The notes: generated by a model not told the origin, from the letters alone. Numbered from the stretch's first letter, positions 13,292 to 25,988 are shown. The stretch: 64,000 nt of DNA from Octopus sinensis (GCF_006345805.1 NC_043000.1:88288001-88352000); one strand, 5' to 3'. Translations and numbers: made by a program.

Positions 13292-13925
13292 CATATTAGG
13301 GAGTATAACTCCAAACTTACAGGGAAAAATTCAATTTAGTATTAAATCAAATTTCAGAATATAAATATATTATATATATAAATTAGAGAAAAACCACTAT
13401 TATGCAATTCAAACAATGATAGACATAAGCCAAATCATAAAAAACAAAATATATTTTAAAACATATAACGAGATCACAAAAAGTACAAAAATGAATAAAC
13501 AATATATAATAAGTAAAAAGACTATGTACGTTTCATTTTTTTACCTTGCGTTTTTAACATGATAAATGTATTATAGGCACCTGTTCCTACCGTTTAAGTT
13601 TCAAATTTAGTTAATTTAGAGTTTTTTTTAAGAACAATCATGATTTTATTTAATTCTATTTGATTATTATTGTTGACCTGAGGAGTGACTATACTTTTAA
13701 ATTGAATTGTTTTTCGATTAAATTAAAATTTAATTGTAATTCGAATTAAAATTATAGCCATGAAACGTACGAAGTATTTTACTTATTATATATTGTTTAT
13801 TCATTTTTGTACTTTTTGTGATCTAGTTATATGTTTTACAATATATTTTGTTTTGTATGATTTGGTTTATGCCTATCATTGCTTGAATTGCATAATAGTC
13901 GTTTTTCTCTAATTTATATATATAT
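13272..13925. mobile_element. Palindromic PLE-terminal-repeat-like element
   Basis: Inverted arms at about 13372-13536 and 13760-13925; 5' extension similar to 61546-61620; contains a hammerhead core. Confidence 0.7.
13675..13776 (+). ncRNA. Degenerate minimal type I hammerhead ribozyme
   Basis: GAC-CTGAGGA-GTGACTATA...TATAGCCAT-GAAAC-GTAC-G(A)A-GT(A); the left arm reads GAAACGTACATAGTC on -, giving consensus GAAACGTACGTA|GTC. Confidence 0.55.
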
Positions 13926-13929
13926 ATAC

Positions 13930-14182
13930 TTTACAAGATAAGGGCAAAAGAAAAATTCTAATGCCAAATATGCCGAAAAAAAGACAAAACTTTTCAATAA
14001 CCATTATAATTTATGCGTCTCGAAACAAACCGATAGAAATCAATAAAAAATTCGTTATTACCGTTTTTAGAGATTTCTATCGGTTTGTTTCGAGACGCAT
14101 AAATTATAATGGTTATTGAACGATTTTGTCTTTCTTTCGGCATATTTGGCATTAGAATTTTTCTTTTGCCCTATCTTGCAAA
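13930..14182. repeat. Foldback palindrome, ~110-bp arms with 30-nt spacer
   Basis: 13930-14041 is the near-perfect reverse complement of 14072-14182. Confidence 0.9.
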
Positions 14183-14289
14183 TTATTTATAAATTTAACC
14201 TTTAAAGGTATCTTTTGATATGCTGGCCATTGATAAAAATTTTTTCCCGAAAAAAATGTTATCCTACATTATTATATATATATATAATA

Positions 14290-14355
<66 letters not shown>

Positions 14356-15151
14356 ATATGTATGAATGTATGTATGTATGTATGTATGTATGTATATATG
14401 GGTGGGAGCATTGTGCAGCTTATAATAGAGTAAAAAGTTAGAGATTGTTTTCTAATTCACCACTCAACCTAATGTAAAGTCGCACAACATTATGCAAGTC
14501 ACACGAAGTGGCACTTTCCAGTAATCAATCACACGTATTACGCAATTTTTTTTACATGGAATCGTTTCCTTGGAATGGCGTTGGATACAGAGTCGTGCAG
14601 ATTCAATTGTAACTACTTATAAAGTTTTGTCATATTCGTTCTTCTAACTTGTACTATGTATTATATATGTGTGCGTGTGATGTGTGTGGTGCGTATGGGT
14701 GAGTGCACGCGTTTCATTAAAGATATCTATAGCTTTTCCCTAATTGCTTGTCATGCCAACCAGTGACATGTTGTTTGTCACCTTGTAGAACTTATACTTG
14801 AATTGCATTTAGAGATCTCTGTTTGTTCCCTGGTAAGTACCTCATACAACTGTATCAATATGTTGCCATTCTTCAGCAATGTATAAGTTACATACTTTTG
14901 CTTTTGTTCCATAGCTGGCTGGCATCGTAATCAACCAATCAGAGGTCATCTTGCTGTTGGTGGTTTCTCTTCTCTCGCTGGCTGCACATATATTTGTATA
15001 AAACTATTATATTTCAACAGATTGGGTTCCTGAAAGCTGTTCCTGACATTGCGCCCGAGGCAACCAAAGCTAAGAAAATGTTACTAACACACACATACGC
15101 GCGCGCGCACACACATCTGTTTATCTATCTATCTATCTATCTATCTATCCT

Positions 15152-15194
<43 letters not shown>

Positions 15195-15559
15195 CACAGA
15201 AGACCATTCGGAGGAGCTTACAGCGGAGCATATAGCGTAATAACATTTTAATGAAACATATTCATAAGATATATGACAGTTGACGCGATATGATTTGAGA
15301 TATAAAATATTAAGCGAAGAGAATTGTTTGCAATTTCTGTCAGTCTCGTCACTACATATTTGACAAAGAGACAAGTATTTCATTTGCTGAACGCATCAGT
15401 CAATAAATAGTTAACATGTATAGTTTATAGTTGAATGCTATTATTACTAAATAAAGAAAGCGGTGATGTCATCGAACAATGGACGAATATTCGGCCAACT
15501 TACCCTAATAATAATAAGACTTATCAAATGTTACAAGATGTGAATAGAATATCGGATTC

Positions 15560-15765
15560 AAATTCTGGCACAAAGCCAGCAATTTCAAGGGAGGATTAAA
15601 TCGGTTAGATCGAACCTTGCGCGCAACTAGTTCTGATTTTATCGACCGCGAAAGAATGAAAGATAAAGCCGACTTTGGCACCATTTGAACTCTGAACGTG
15701 AAGGCGAGATCTTGTTAAGCATTTTGCTCGGGGCGGTAACGATTCTGCCAGCTCGCTGCCTTACG
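15560..15765 (-). mobile_element. CORE-type tRNA SINE (GGCGAGCTGGCAGAATCGTT family)
   Basis: Reverse complement begins AAGGCAGCGAGCTGGCAGAATCGTTACCGCC. Confidence 0.75.
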
Positions 15766-17514
15766 TGAATAGAATATTATCGTTAATAATATTATCAAAC
15801 TCAATCTAAAAATGTGCATTCAATTTATAAAAAATACATCTTGCTGACTTTCACAGATTTTTATACTGTTCGAGGTGTAGCGTCCTTCACCTTCACAGAG
15901 TTCCAAACTGGTATGGTCGGTGCTACAGATATTCAGTTTGAAATTTTGTAATGGAAATCGTGGGAAGATATAAAGGTACAAGACTACTGCACCTAGCAGC
16001 AAATAATTAGTGTTGCAGTTTGGGTTGGATGAAGTTTTTAGGACGGGATATGAAGTACGGTAGGGAAATTAGCTTGGCTATGACAAAGGTAGTACGCAGC
16101 TTGCTAGTTCTTGGAATCAGTGGACAGGTGGTAGAAGAATCAAAATGATACTACAATTCCTTTGTATTTGAGTGGTTAAATCTCTTGGTAATTAAAGATT
16201 TGGCCAACAAATTCCTACCGATCTTTGTTTTAAAGTGTGTGTGTATGTATGTGTGTGTGTGTGTGTGTGTTTGTATTTCTGTGTATCTTTTTGTGTGTAC
16301 TGTAGCTGCATGTTTTCTAACCACCTAACTGAACGCCTGCCATATTGTTGCTTCGTAACAGCTTTACCACTCTTAAAGATATTTCCCTCTTAAATTTCTG
16401 TTTCTCTACTTAGCTATTCTTATAAGATCACAACCATATTTCAAATCTACTTTACTATAGCCGATATTCACGTTAGCTCCTATTTGATTTGAGGCAAATT
16501 TTTAAAGGTCTAATTTTAGCCTTTTCAATCATTATGTTTTGCCTGTGCTGTGAACTTAGTTTCCTGTGAAACATTACATTAATCTTATAGAGACGTTCAT
16601 TAGCTGATGACTACTTTGATCCATAACAATGATTAAAAAATCAAAGTATAGTTGCCCTGGAAGAGAGTAAATACGAGTTTCCTATCATTTGAACAAGAAT
16701 CTTTTGTTCTATCTCTGGTAGTTTACATGGTGAGCTGAAGAAAATTGTGGCAAAGCAACAAGTTTGAACTCAAGAACAATAAGAAAGTGCTATAATAAAT
16801 GAGGCATTCAACCACCATTATTCTAGTAGTGATGATGCCGAATCTTAAGTGCTGATGAGAAATGAAGCCTGTTCTAGGCATATCATTAGATTGAAATGTC
16901 TAGTTTATAGCTCTTAGACTTGATTGTGTTACGACCATCATAATAGCTATAGCGAAATCTTCGAGAATGTTTACGAGACAACAAAAAAGCTATGAAAATA
17001 TGCGACGCAAGAAGAATAAAATAAATCATTACTGCCGCAGTTTGGTATGGCATGATGATATCCGAAATCATCAATGTGACGGGATATTAGCAATAATCGC
17101 ACACACTAGCATGAAATACCTGCATATCTTCTTGCTCAACTTAGAAAAGAATAAAAGAGTAAGAGAGAAAAAATGTGGTGTCATATAGTAGCATTAAATC
17201 ACAAGCAAAACTAACGCTGGAGTTTCTGGGAAAATTCAATAATAAAACAATAATCCAATAATACAAAAGCAAGTTTTTTTTATCAGATCTAGATATAGAA
17301 CTTATAGAATGCGACCCAGCGCTTAGTTCAGTCTACGAACTGGATACTTCTGTAGGTGCGACTTCAACCCTAGAATTTTTTTGTACAGTATGAGTGATAA
17401 TAATTTTAAAAACGATATGTCAAAGAAGTCAGTCTGAGTCGCTTGTAGAGGAATTTCGTGTCGAGATTATGTAATGTATTCAAAAGTAGTTGGTACTCCA
17501 GATGGTTCTTGTCT

Positions 17515-17810
17515 ATTCAGGAATAAAATAGAGTATAGGGTAAAAACCCCTTTCGGTCATGGATGACCATGGGAATGCACCTAGAAAGTTACTCTCTGAG
17601 GCAAAAGTCGGAGCAAGGTTGTCTATGGAAGACCAGCTGTCACCCGTGTATACCTGCTCCCCTCTTTCCACGCCACTGATGTTATCCAAGGGAACGGCAA
17701 AGGGCAATACAGCTTGGCACCAGTGACGTCGCAACTCATTTCTGCAGCTGAGTGAACTGGAGCAGCATGAAATAAAGTGGCTTGCTCAAAAACACAAGAC
17801 AGCCTAGTCC
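17515..17810 (-). mobile_element. tRNA-SINE body (related to the head at 29463)
   Basis: TTGAGCAAGCCACTTTATTTCATGCTGCTCCAGTTCACTCAGCTG on -, homologous to 29540-29595. Confidence 0.65.
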
Positions 17811-18249
17811 TGATATACATATGGTTATTTTGGAACCACCATAAAATTCTTTTTATGGTGGTTCCAAAAGAATACTGTCCAGCAAGTATTCATTTTGTGT
17901 CCGTGCATCGCTGAGTTATAGATCCATATCAAAATTTGGTGTCTCATGCAGAATTAATCCAGTTAACAGACATGCCGTCATGGTGACAAAGAAACACTCT
18001 TCCTTTGATAACTGGGTAGTCTATTTCTGCTTGGTGATCATAGTGAGAGGGGCTTTATGGTAGTTGCGTTTTCAAAGTTTCTTGCCGAATCTGCCAAGAT
18101 CTGATGAACTTCTTAGAGTATTACTTGAACAAGATGACGTGTGACTGGTGTGACTGATATGGCCAAAGGGACCCAGACCAAGAACAGAATTGTTATTTGG
18201 CGGTAAGATCCGCGAAAGTCACTTGCCTTTAATGCAATTAGTCAATGGC

Positions 18250-18690
18250 CCCGACTAAGCCCACCTTCCTTGGTAAATTGATTTATATTCCTCTTGAAGC
18301 TCCGTAATACTGTTCCCAAAGGCCCAACAATAATTGGCACTGGATTCACCTGCTTCATTTTCCATAGCCGGGCTATTTCGTACTTAGGTGGATAGTATAT
18401 ATCTATTTTTTCGCTTTCCTTCCTGACTGTTCGTGGGTCAAAGAAGCACGCAACGTCACGTATATAGCACATGTAGATCACGTTGTCTACCACCATTAGG
18501 TCCACTTTGTTGTACTCCATTACCTTGTCCGTTCGGATTGGGAAATCACACAAGATTTTGCAGGTCTCCGTCTCCGCCACTCAGTGCTTCTCGCTCATAC
18601 AGCATCTTACCTCTCTCTACTGGCAAAATCATTAGCACGTTGGACGAAATGCTCAGCGGTATTTCGCCCATCGCTAAGTTCTAATTTCAA
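18250..18690 (-). mobile_element. R4/Dong RLE fragment
   Basis: ETCKILCDFPIRTDKVMEYNKVDLMVVD..DVAC.FD..KESEKID.Y.P.KYEIARLWKMKQVNPVPIIVGPLGTV. Confidence 0.8.
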
Positions 18691-18704
18691 TATCCGCCGA
18701 TGTA

Positions 18705-18821
18705 CGCTTTGCCTTTCATCCTTTCGGGGTCGATAAATTAAGTACCAGTGAACCACTGGGGTTGATGTAATTGACTAGGCCCCTCCCCCAAATTTCAGAT
18801 CTTGTGTCTATAAAAGAAAGG

Positions 18822-18825
<4 letters not shown>
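18705..18825 (+). mobile_element. SINE 3' half ending in (ATT)n
   Basis: TTTGCCTTTCATCCTTTCGGGGTCGATAAATTAAGTACCAG core. Confidence 0.75.
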
Positions 18826-18895
<70 letters not shown>

Positions 18896-19064
18896 ACATT
18901 TGATAGTTTTAGGCAAATTTGATTTGCATATCCCGCTACAATTTGTTGCTGAGGTGTGTGCAGAATTGTGTGTTCATGATTTTTCTAATTGTTGTTGGGG
19001 GTACTGGGGTCGATGTAATCGACTAGCTCCCCTCTACCAAAGCCTTGTGCCTATAGTAAATGGG

Positions 19065-19132
<68 letters not shown>

Positions 19133-20139
19133 ATTCTGGATTCGAATACAGTCGCTTTTCAGAGTTTGTTAAGTAAAATACCTGTCAAGAAATGGAGCTG
19201 ATGTCATCATGTAACTCAATCCCCATTCAAATTGTTGGCCTAGAACAAAAATTAAATAACTATTTGTGTAAATGGATATTTATATAAAAGTTATTATTTG
19301 GCAGTGAATCTATTAAATGTTTTGTCTTTGGTTCGTTTACAGACAAAGACCTCGCATTATTTCAATGTTCATCCCATTAACCTGGGGTAGAAAACAAAAG
19401 TAGTTCAAATAAATCCTTGTTTTAACTGTATATATTTCTCCAATCAGCCATTTGCAATATTTACTCATGTTAAAAGATGGTTCCCTCAGCAGTAGCTGGA
19501 AGAGGTGCTCTTTATGATGGTAGTAGTGCTTGCTAAAATAACACATACAAAAATAATAAAAACAACGCTCGCCTCCGTTCAAATAAAATTTTCAAATATG
19601 AAAACGTATTTGAAAATAAAAAAAAACAAAATAAACACTTAACTGAGAGAAAGGTGGGAAGAGAGAAGACTATGCAATTAGAAGATGCAAATACAAAAAA
19701 TCAAGCATTTAAAACTTCAATTTAAGAAAAAAATACTAGTATAGAGTACGAAGAGCAATGATAACGCCGCCCATCAACGATATGTTTTTTATAGTTTGAT
19801 AAACACGTGCGTAATTAGAGTTTTCTCAATATGGACTAGTTTAAAAGATAAAGTGAAGTTATCAGCCAGGTGTCGCAACGAAGAGTGCGCATTGTTGATC
19901 GAGAAATTTTCACAAGAAAGGTCGGGGCGCTGGATGAGAAAATCATGATTTACACAGAAACTAAAAGCCATCGAGGGAAGAGGAGAAGATAAAATGAAGA
20001 ATAAGAATAAGAAGAGGAAATAGTATTATTATTATTTATGGTTTCCTTTCATTATAACTTTATTTCAGCTGCCTTAGTACCGGACATCCTCCTGTGGTCA
20101 AGACAAGCAAGGTCGCTTTTGTTTTGAATTAATCGTTAG

Positions 20140-20312
20140 CAGGAAGGGTGAATTGCTTAGCAGTATTTCTTCTGTCTTCATGTTCTTGTTTCAAATTCCG
20201 CAGAGGTCTATTGGCATCCTTTCGGGGTAGGTAATATAAATACCAGATGAGAACTGGGGTTGATGTAATCACCTTAACCCTCCCACCCAAAACTTCAGGC
20301 CTTGTGCCAATA
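20140..20312 (+). mobile_element. Decayed CORE-type SINE
   Basis: Diverged match to the GGCGAGCTGGCAGAA family including CATCCTTTCGGGG and ACTGGGGTTGATGTAATC. Confidence 0.65.
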
Positions 20313-20449
20313 GTATTTATGGTTTCCTTTCATTATAACTATATTTCAACTGCCTTATTACCGGGCGTCCTCCAGAGGCCAAGAGTAGCAAGTTCAATTT
20401 TGTTTTACTATGCATGCTAAAATTATCACCACATTTATTCCATTTTAGA

Positions 20450-20735
20450 TGGACAGTGCTTTCTGTAATATATGGGTTATCTTTTGTAGTTCACGGAGCT
20501 TGGAGTTAATATACGTCTCAATCCCTTCGTTATCATTCCCAACGCACCAATTACTACTGGTATTATCGTAGTACTAAGCTTCCACATTTTTGTGAGTTCA
20601 ATTTGCAGTTTTTTATTGTGAGAAAGCTTTACGTATTCCTTTCTTGAAACATTTTGATCTTGTGAGACAGACATATCTATTAACAAACAAGTTCCTCTGT
20701 TGTAGTCATTGATCCCAATGTCTGGTCGATTGGAG
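20450..20735 (-). mobile_element. R4/Dong RLE fragment
   Basis: LIDMSVSQDQNVSRKEYVKLS..K.LQIELTKMWKLSTTIIPVVIGALGMI. Confidence 0.8.
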
Positions 20736-20742
20736 TCACATT

Positions 20743-20778
<36 letters not shown>

Positions 20779-21507
20779 GTTGTTGTTGTTGTTGTTGTTA
20801 TTATTATTAGTAGTGGTGGTGGTGGTAGTAGTTGTTGTAAAGAAGAAGAAGAAGAAGAAGAAGAAGAAGAAGAAGAAGAAGAAGAAGAAGAAGAAGAAAA
20901 GAAGATGAGAGGTAGTTACATAGTTCCACAGCAGTACCAAGAATATGGAAAATAAGGACTCATTGTAGGACTCCAAATAGAGATTTATGGACAGAATAGG
21001 AATATTGAATGGCCGCTGCCTAAGAGAAGCGCTAAATACTAATTCATCAATTAAGGATATATATACCTCTACTTGAACGAAGAAATATCGCCTATATTAT
21101 CAGCAAGAGGAAAATATAGATCATAATGTAGCAGGCTGCTGTATATTACCCTAGAAAATATAGAAGCGATAGCCCGATCAGGTTCGTCTCAGTTTAGACC
21201 GGTCGCTTTGTAAAATACATACATTCGCAACATTTCAGACGGATGGTGTAATCATGGACTATGAAAGCCAGTAAATGAACCTCGTGAACAATAATATTCA
21301 ATCATTTTGATACGTAGATAGAGAGAAAAGTTGAACGCATTTTACCAGATATCATTACGTATGGTATAGAAGAGACTGGATAATAATGGACGTTGTAATT
21401 CCTTTAGATAAAAATATTGTATGGGAATTGAAGAAATAACGAAATATGGTAAAATAAAGTTAAATCTGTCAATAATGTGGGGAGGTACTGCTGCAAAGCT
21501 GAAAGTA

Positions 21508-22068
21508 TTGGGTTGTCCGAAAAGTTCGTGCCGATTTATAGTAGCTTAACTTTCGACTTATTTTAGAACGTGGGTGAGTCTATAAAATAGGATTTGACTA
21601 CACCTCAATTTAGAACAGAGTTTAAGCTATCTTTTCGTGGAAGAAGGTTTATGTTCCTATAACCTGTGTTAATTCTGTAACCCTTTAAAATGGAAGATAA
21701 GAAAGTTCATTTTCTGCACTTGATGCGTTGGGAACCAGACAAAAATAGCTGCAGCTCGGCTGCGATGTGTTACCCCACCCTCCATATTCACCATATATTG
21801 CTCCTTCGGATTTCCACTTATTCAGGTCTCTGAAGAATAGTCTTAATGGTAAAAATTTCAATTTCTTAGATGAGGTAAAAAGATACTTTGATGAATTCTT
21901 TGCCATGAAACCACCTCAATTCTGGGAAGAGGGCATTTTCAAGTTAAAGGAAAAATGGAGACGCATTGTGCAATAAAATGGTTCACGTTTTGTTGATTAA
22001 AAAAGGCAAGTATTTACTGACTTTTTTCTTTCCTTTAAAAACCGGCACGAACTTTTCGGATGACCAAA
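21508..22068 (+). mobile_element. Internally deleted mariner element
   Basis: ~30-bp TIRs (TTGGGTTGTCCGAAAAGTTCGTGCCGATTT and its imperfect inverse), TA on both sides; N-terminal MEDKKVHFLHLM joined to C-terminal HPPYSPYIAPSDFHLFRSL...GIFKLKEKWRRIVQ. Confidence 0.9.
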
Positions 22069-22410
22069 TAGTTCCAGTTACTATTGGGGTAAGGTTTCTA
22101 TCTCTCCAAATGTATTGTAGCATTTGGAACGGCTGGATTTCAAGACGAACATGTGAGTACTCCAAAAGAAGTATAATACTTCAAACATAATTATCAAACA
22201 CTTTATGGAGTAAGTTTGATGTAAAATAGATTTAAAATACTAGAACCAGTACTTTATATCTATTCAATGCAACACAATTAATTATAGTAATTGTTTCGAA
22301 TCTTAGCATCAGGCAACAATTTCGGAGAATGAGGTCAACAGCAGTGTTAAATTGGTACTTACTTTATCGACTTTATCGACTATGGACACAAAAACGGATG
22401 AAATGCCGCC

Positions 22411-22449
<39 letters not shown>

Positions 22450-22504
22450 TAATAATAATAATAATATTATTAATATAATAATATTAATAATAATAATAAT
22501 ATTA

Positions 22505-22571
<67 letters not shown>

Positions 22572-22576
<5 letters not shown>

Positions 22577-22945
22577 CAGCAAAATGTGGAAGCTGAAGAC
22601 TAAAACAATACATGTTGGCATAGGTGCCCTAGGAATGATAGCGAAAGGGACTGATTGCTATCTAACTCAGATGCCAGGAAAAACCCAAAATGGCAGAAAT
22701 TCAAAAGATAGTGCTCATGGGAACTGCTCATATCCTACGCAAAATACTTTCTATGTAATCCCAAGGTTTAAAACAAACTTCTTTTTTTTTAATGTATTAG
22801 ACGTTTACTAGTACAACACCAAAAAACCCAAATATATGGCACACTAGGCATAACAACAACGTGAACTTCCAACTTGTTGTCTCTTGAGGTCTCTGGATGA
22901 GACTTGGAGCCAACTCGTACAGACACAAAGCAAAAATCAAACATA
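22572..22945 (+). mobile_element. R4/Dong 3' end (RLE tail plus 3' UTR) flanked by (AAT)n
   Basis: KMWKLKTKTIHVGIGALGMI; 3' UTR GAGGTCTCTGGATGAGACTTGG...AAAGCAAAAATCAAACAT shared with 54551-54612. Confidence 0.75.
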
Positions 22946-22957
22946 GAATAATAATAA

Positions 22958-22988
<31 letters not shown>

Positions 22989-23080
22989 AATAATATAATA
23001 ATAATAATATTAATAATAATAATAATAATAATATAATAATAATAATAATAAGAATATAATAATATAAAATAATAATAATA

Positions 23081-23637
23081 AATGCCCTGATGCAGTACCA
23101 GGCAGTGGCTCTCATGGCTTCTGATCTTAACTGATTGGAAGTGTTATCATGTACATTGTTTTGTCTTGGTATAAAAAATGGGCTACAGCAAATATTCTGC
23201 TCAATACCACAGATTTGTTTGTCAGTTGTTTGACCTTAACCAGTTGAGCATGTCCCTTAGTGGCTGACGATATGTGCATCTCTGATCACGAGCAGAAGTA
23301 GTGGGGGAGCATCATAGCCATGTGTCGAGAGGGATTCTTTGGGGTTTGAATAATTCAACTCTGGAAACATTGGTGGTTCTTTCAACATCCTTAAACAATG
23401 CTTATTCAGGGACCTGTTGAGCGGGATGGGCTACTCAACCTGAAAAAAATTCTAACTGGGCCCCACCTGCAAGGTCATGTGCTGTTTATCTTGATATGAG
23501 ATCACCATGTCGCGCACATATGGTTGTAATGCATGTGCCTGGTGTACCCTTATCAGACGGGTAGTCATGATGGGTATATTATGCTTCGTATATTTTACCC
23601 CAGTGTCACTTTGATGGCATGCACTGCTCTCTCACTC
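23081..23637. mobile_element. Non-coding ~555-bp (AAT)n-embedded element, copy 2
   Basis: Same termini as copy 1; AAT tracts on both sides. Confidence 0.85.
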
Positions 23638-23699
23638 AATATAATAATAATAATAATAATAATAAAAATAATAATGATGATGATAATAGTCACTCACTT

Positions 23700-24300
23700 C
23701 GATTTCGACATATGAGTGCTTGAAGGAAAGGACTTAAAAAAAAGTAAACAATGAAAAAGTTTGGAAAAGAAGCTGCATGTATTTGCGATGAACTTGTGAA
23801 CGTAATGTGAGTATAGATATCGATTTTGCTACGAAGTCACGATGGGGACAATCGTGATTTTTTATTTTTGCCTGGGATTTGACAAACGTGTCTGTTGATT
23901 GCCGGATATAATTCCTTTATTGTTCCGTTACTCCATGACACATTTTACACCAATTTGATCGATCTCAGCAATAACTTTGCCGAGATGTTAAATTAAGCTG
24001 AAGGGATTTTAGCGATTGATTTAACTTATCCTTATACCGTAGCAGAAGTATCCTTTCACAGCAGAATTCCTCTACTTGATGGCCATGAAGGAATTTTCAT
24101 AATGTGATAATCTTGCATTCGGACAACATATTCAGCACATCTGCACTGAATTTTAACAGCATCCTTTCGACACTGGAGACATCACATGTTTCTGAATTTT
24201 TGACCTTTGATATCTTATCTTGCCATTTTATGCAGCAGATATTGCGCATATGATGCTGGATGTGAAAGGTTTCAAGTTTCTATGTATGACCTCAGTAGTG
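23700..24300 (-). mobile_element. RTE-clade LINE fragment, decayed
   Basis: Minus strand gives LETFHIQHHMRNIC.IKWQDKI..VSSVERML..RM.D..LRY.D, resembling RTE C-terminal region. Confidence 0.6.
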
Positions 24301-24327
24301 AGTTCAAAGTTATTCATGATGATGACA

Positions 24328-24375
<48 letters not shown>

Positions 24376-24377
24376 TG

Positions 24378-24430
<53 letters not shown>

Positions 24431-24433
24431 TAG

Positions 24434-24805
24434 AAGAGGAGAAGAAGAAGAAGAAGAAGAAGATGAAGGAAAAGGAGAAAAAGAAGAAGAAGAAGAAGAA
24501 GAAGAGAAGTAGAAGAAGAAGAAGGAGAAGAAGAAGGAAGAGGAGAAGAAGAAGAAGAAGAAGAAGAAGAAGATGAAGGAAAAGGAGAAAAAGAAGAAGA
24601 AGAAGAAGAAGAAGAAGAAGAAGAAGAAGGAGAAGTAGAAGAAGAAGGAGAAGAAGAAGGAGAAGAAGAAGGAAGAGGAGAAGAAGTAGAAGAAGAAGAA
24701 AAGAAGAAGAAGAAGAAGGAAGAAGAAGAAGAAGAAGAAGAAGAAGAAGAAGAAGAAGAAGAAAAGAAGAAGAAGTAGAAAGAACAGGAGGAGAAGAAGT
24801 AGAAG
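24434..24805. repeat. Imperfect (GAA)n homopurine tract, ~370 bp
   Basis: Directly visible; almost purine-only on +. Confidence 0.95.
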
Positions 24806-25058
24806 AATGCCCATCTGACAACAAGATATGCGATAAGGAAGAAAGAAAAGTCAATAGATATGACAGATTAACTTGGAAAGTTAAGCAGTTGTGGTTGCTG
24901 AAAAGGTGGAAATAGCACCAATAATTGTGGGAGCCCTGGGAATAGTGAGTAAAAATCTTGAGAGGTACATGGAACAAATAGGAGCTGCAATAAGAGTAGA
25001 GCACTTGCAGAAACCAGCACTGCTTGGAACCGCTCGAATACTCCGGATGGTGCTCGAA
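24806..25058 (+). mobile_element. R4/Dong RLE C-terminal fragment
   Basis: CPSDNKICDKE..K..RYD.L.W....W..KKVEIAPIIVGALGIV...EHLQKPALLGTARILRMVLE. Confidence 0.8.
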
Positions 25059-25889
25059 AAGCCCCTTCATGGAAAATACTGGGTTAAACTAAACGCAAAA
25101 GAAATAGACAAAGTAAAATAGCAACAATGGTTCAGAAGCACAAAACTCAAAGCAGAGACGGGGGGATTTTTAATTGCAGCTCAAACCCAAAGCATCTCCC
25201 ACCAGAAATTACCAAAAAACATGTAATGAAAAGAAATACAACTTACTGCAGAATATGTGGAGATTGACAAGAAAAAAATAAATGATGTTGTCTCTGGCTG
25301 TCCAGTCCTAGCTAAGAAGGAATATATTCACAGACACGACATAGTTGGGACCTATATACACAGGAAGCTATACCAACACTATGGGATAACAAAATTAAAA
25401 GAAATGGTATAGGCACACGCCAGAAAATGACACAGAAAATGAAAAAGCAACCATACTCCGGGATATGCCAATACACACAGACAGAGAAATTAAGGCCGAT
25501 AGGCCGGATATAGTTGTCAGAGACAACCAAGAAAAAATGCTTTCCAATCGATCAATCAATACCAACAGATGACTGGAGAAACTTTCAAAAATACAAATAT
25601 TTGGAAATAGGGGTAACTCGAATGCGGAGTCTAAAAACAGAAACAACTCATATCATAGTAAGCGCATTAGGTATGATAAAAACACGTTCAAACAAATACA
25701 TAACAAAAATATCAGGACTAACAAGTATAACATACAGAAAATAGCACTTCTAAGCACCGTACACATCCTACTTAAAACACTTTCAATACAGTAGAAATAA
25801 GAGTATCACAACAAACCACAGCACATATCCATGGCACATAGAGCGGCTCTTGGTAGTGCAGTGAAAGCACGTAATAAAAATAAGACTAC

Positions 25890-25891
<2 letters not shown>
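25059..25891 (+). mobile_element. R4/Dong 3' fragment with 3' UTR
   Basis: KPLHGKYW..CCHC..RPDIVV; colinear with 3762-4595; ends AATAAGACTACTG(AGT)n(AAT)n. Confidence 0.85.

Positions 25892-25985
<94 letters not shown>

Positions 25986-25988
<3 letters not shown>

Noticed and set aside
19380-19515. Minus-strand terminal-exon candidates
   Set aside because: Several alternative acceptors give different short peptides; none can be preferred without transcripts.
22121-22152. Plus-strand 32-nt exon-like signal (and similar ones near 14790-14830 and 21240-21270)
   Set aside because: Splice-like sites but no consistent frame chain or recognisable peptide; expected by chance in AT-rich DNA.
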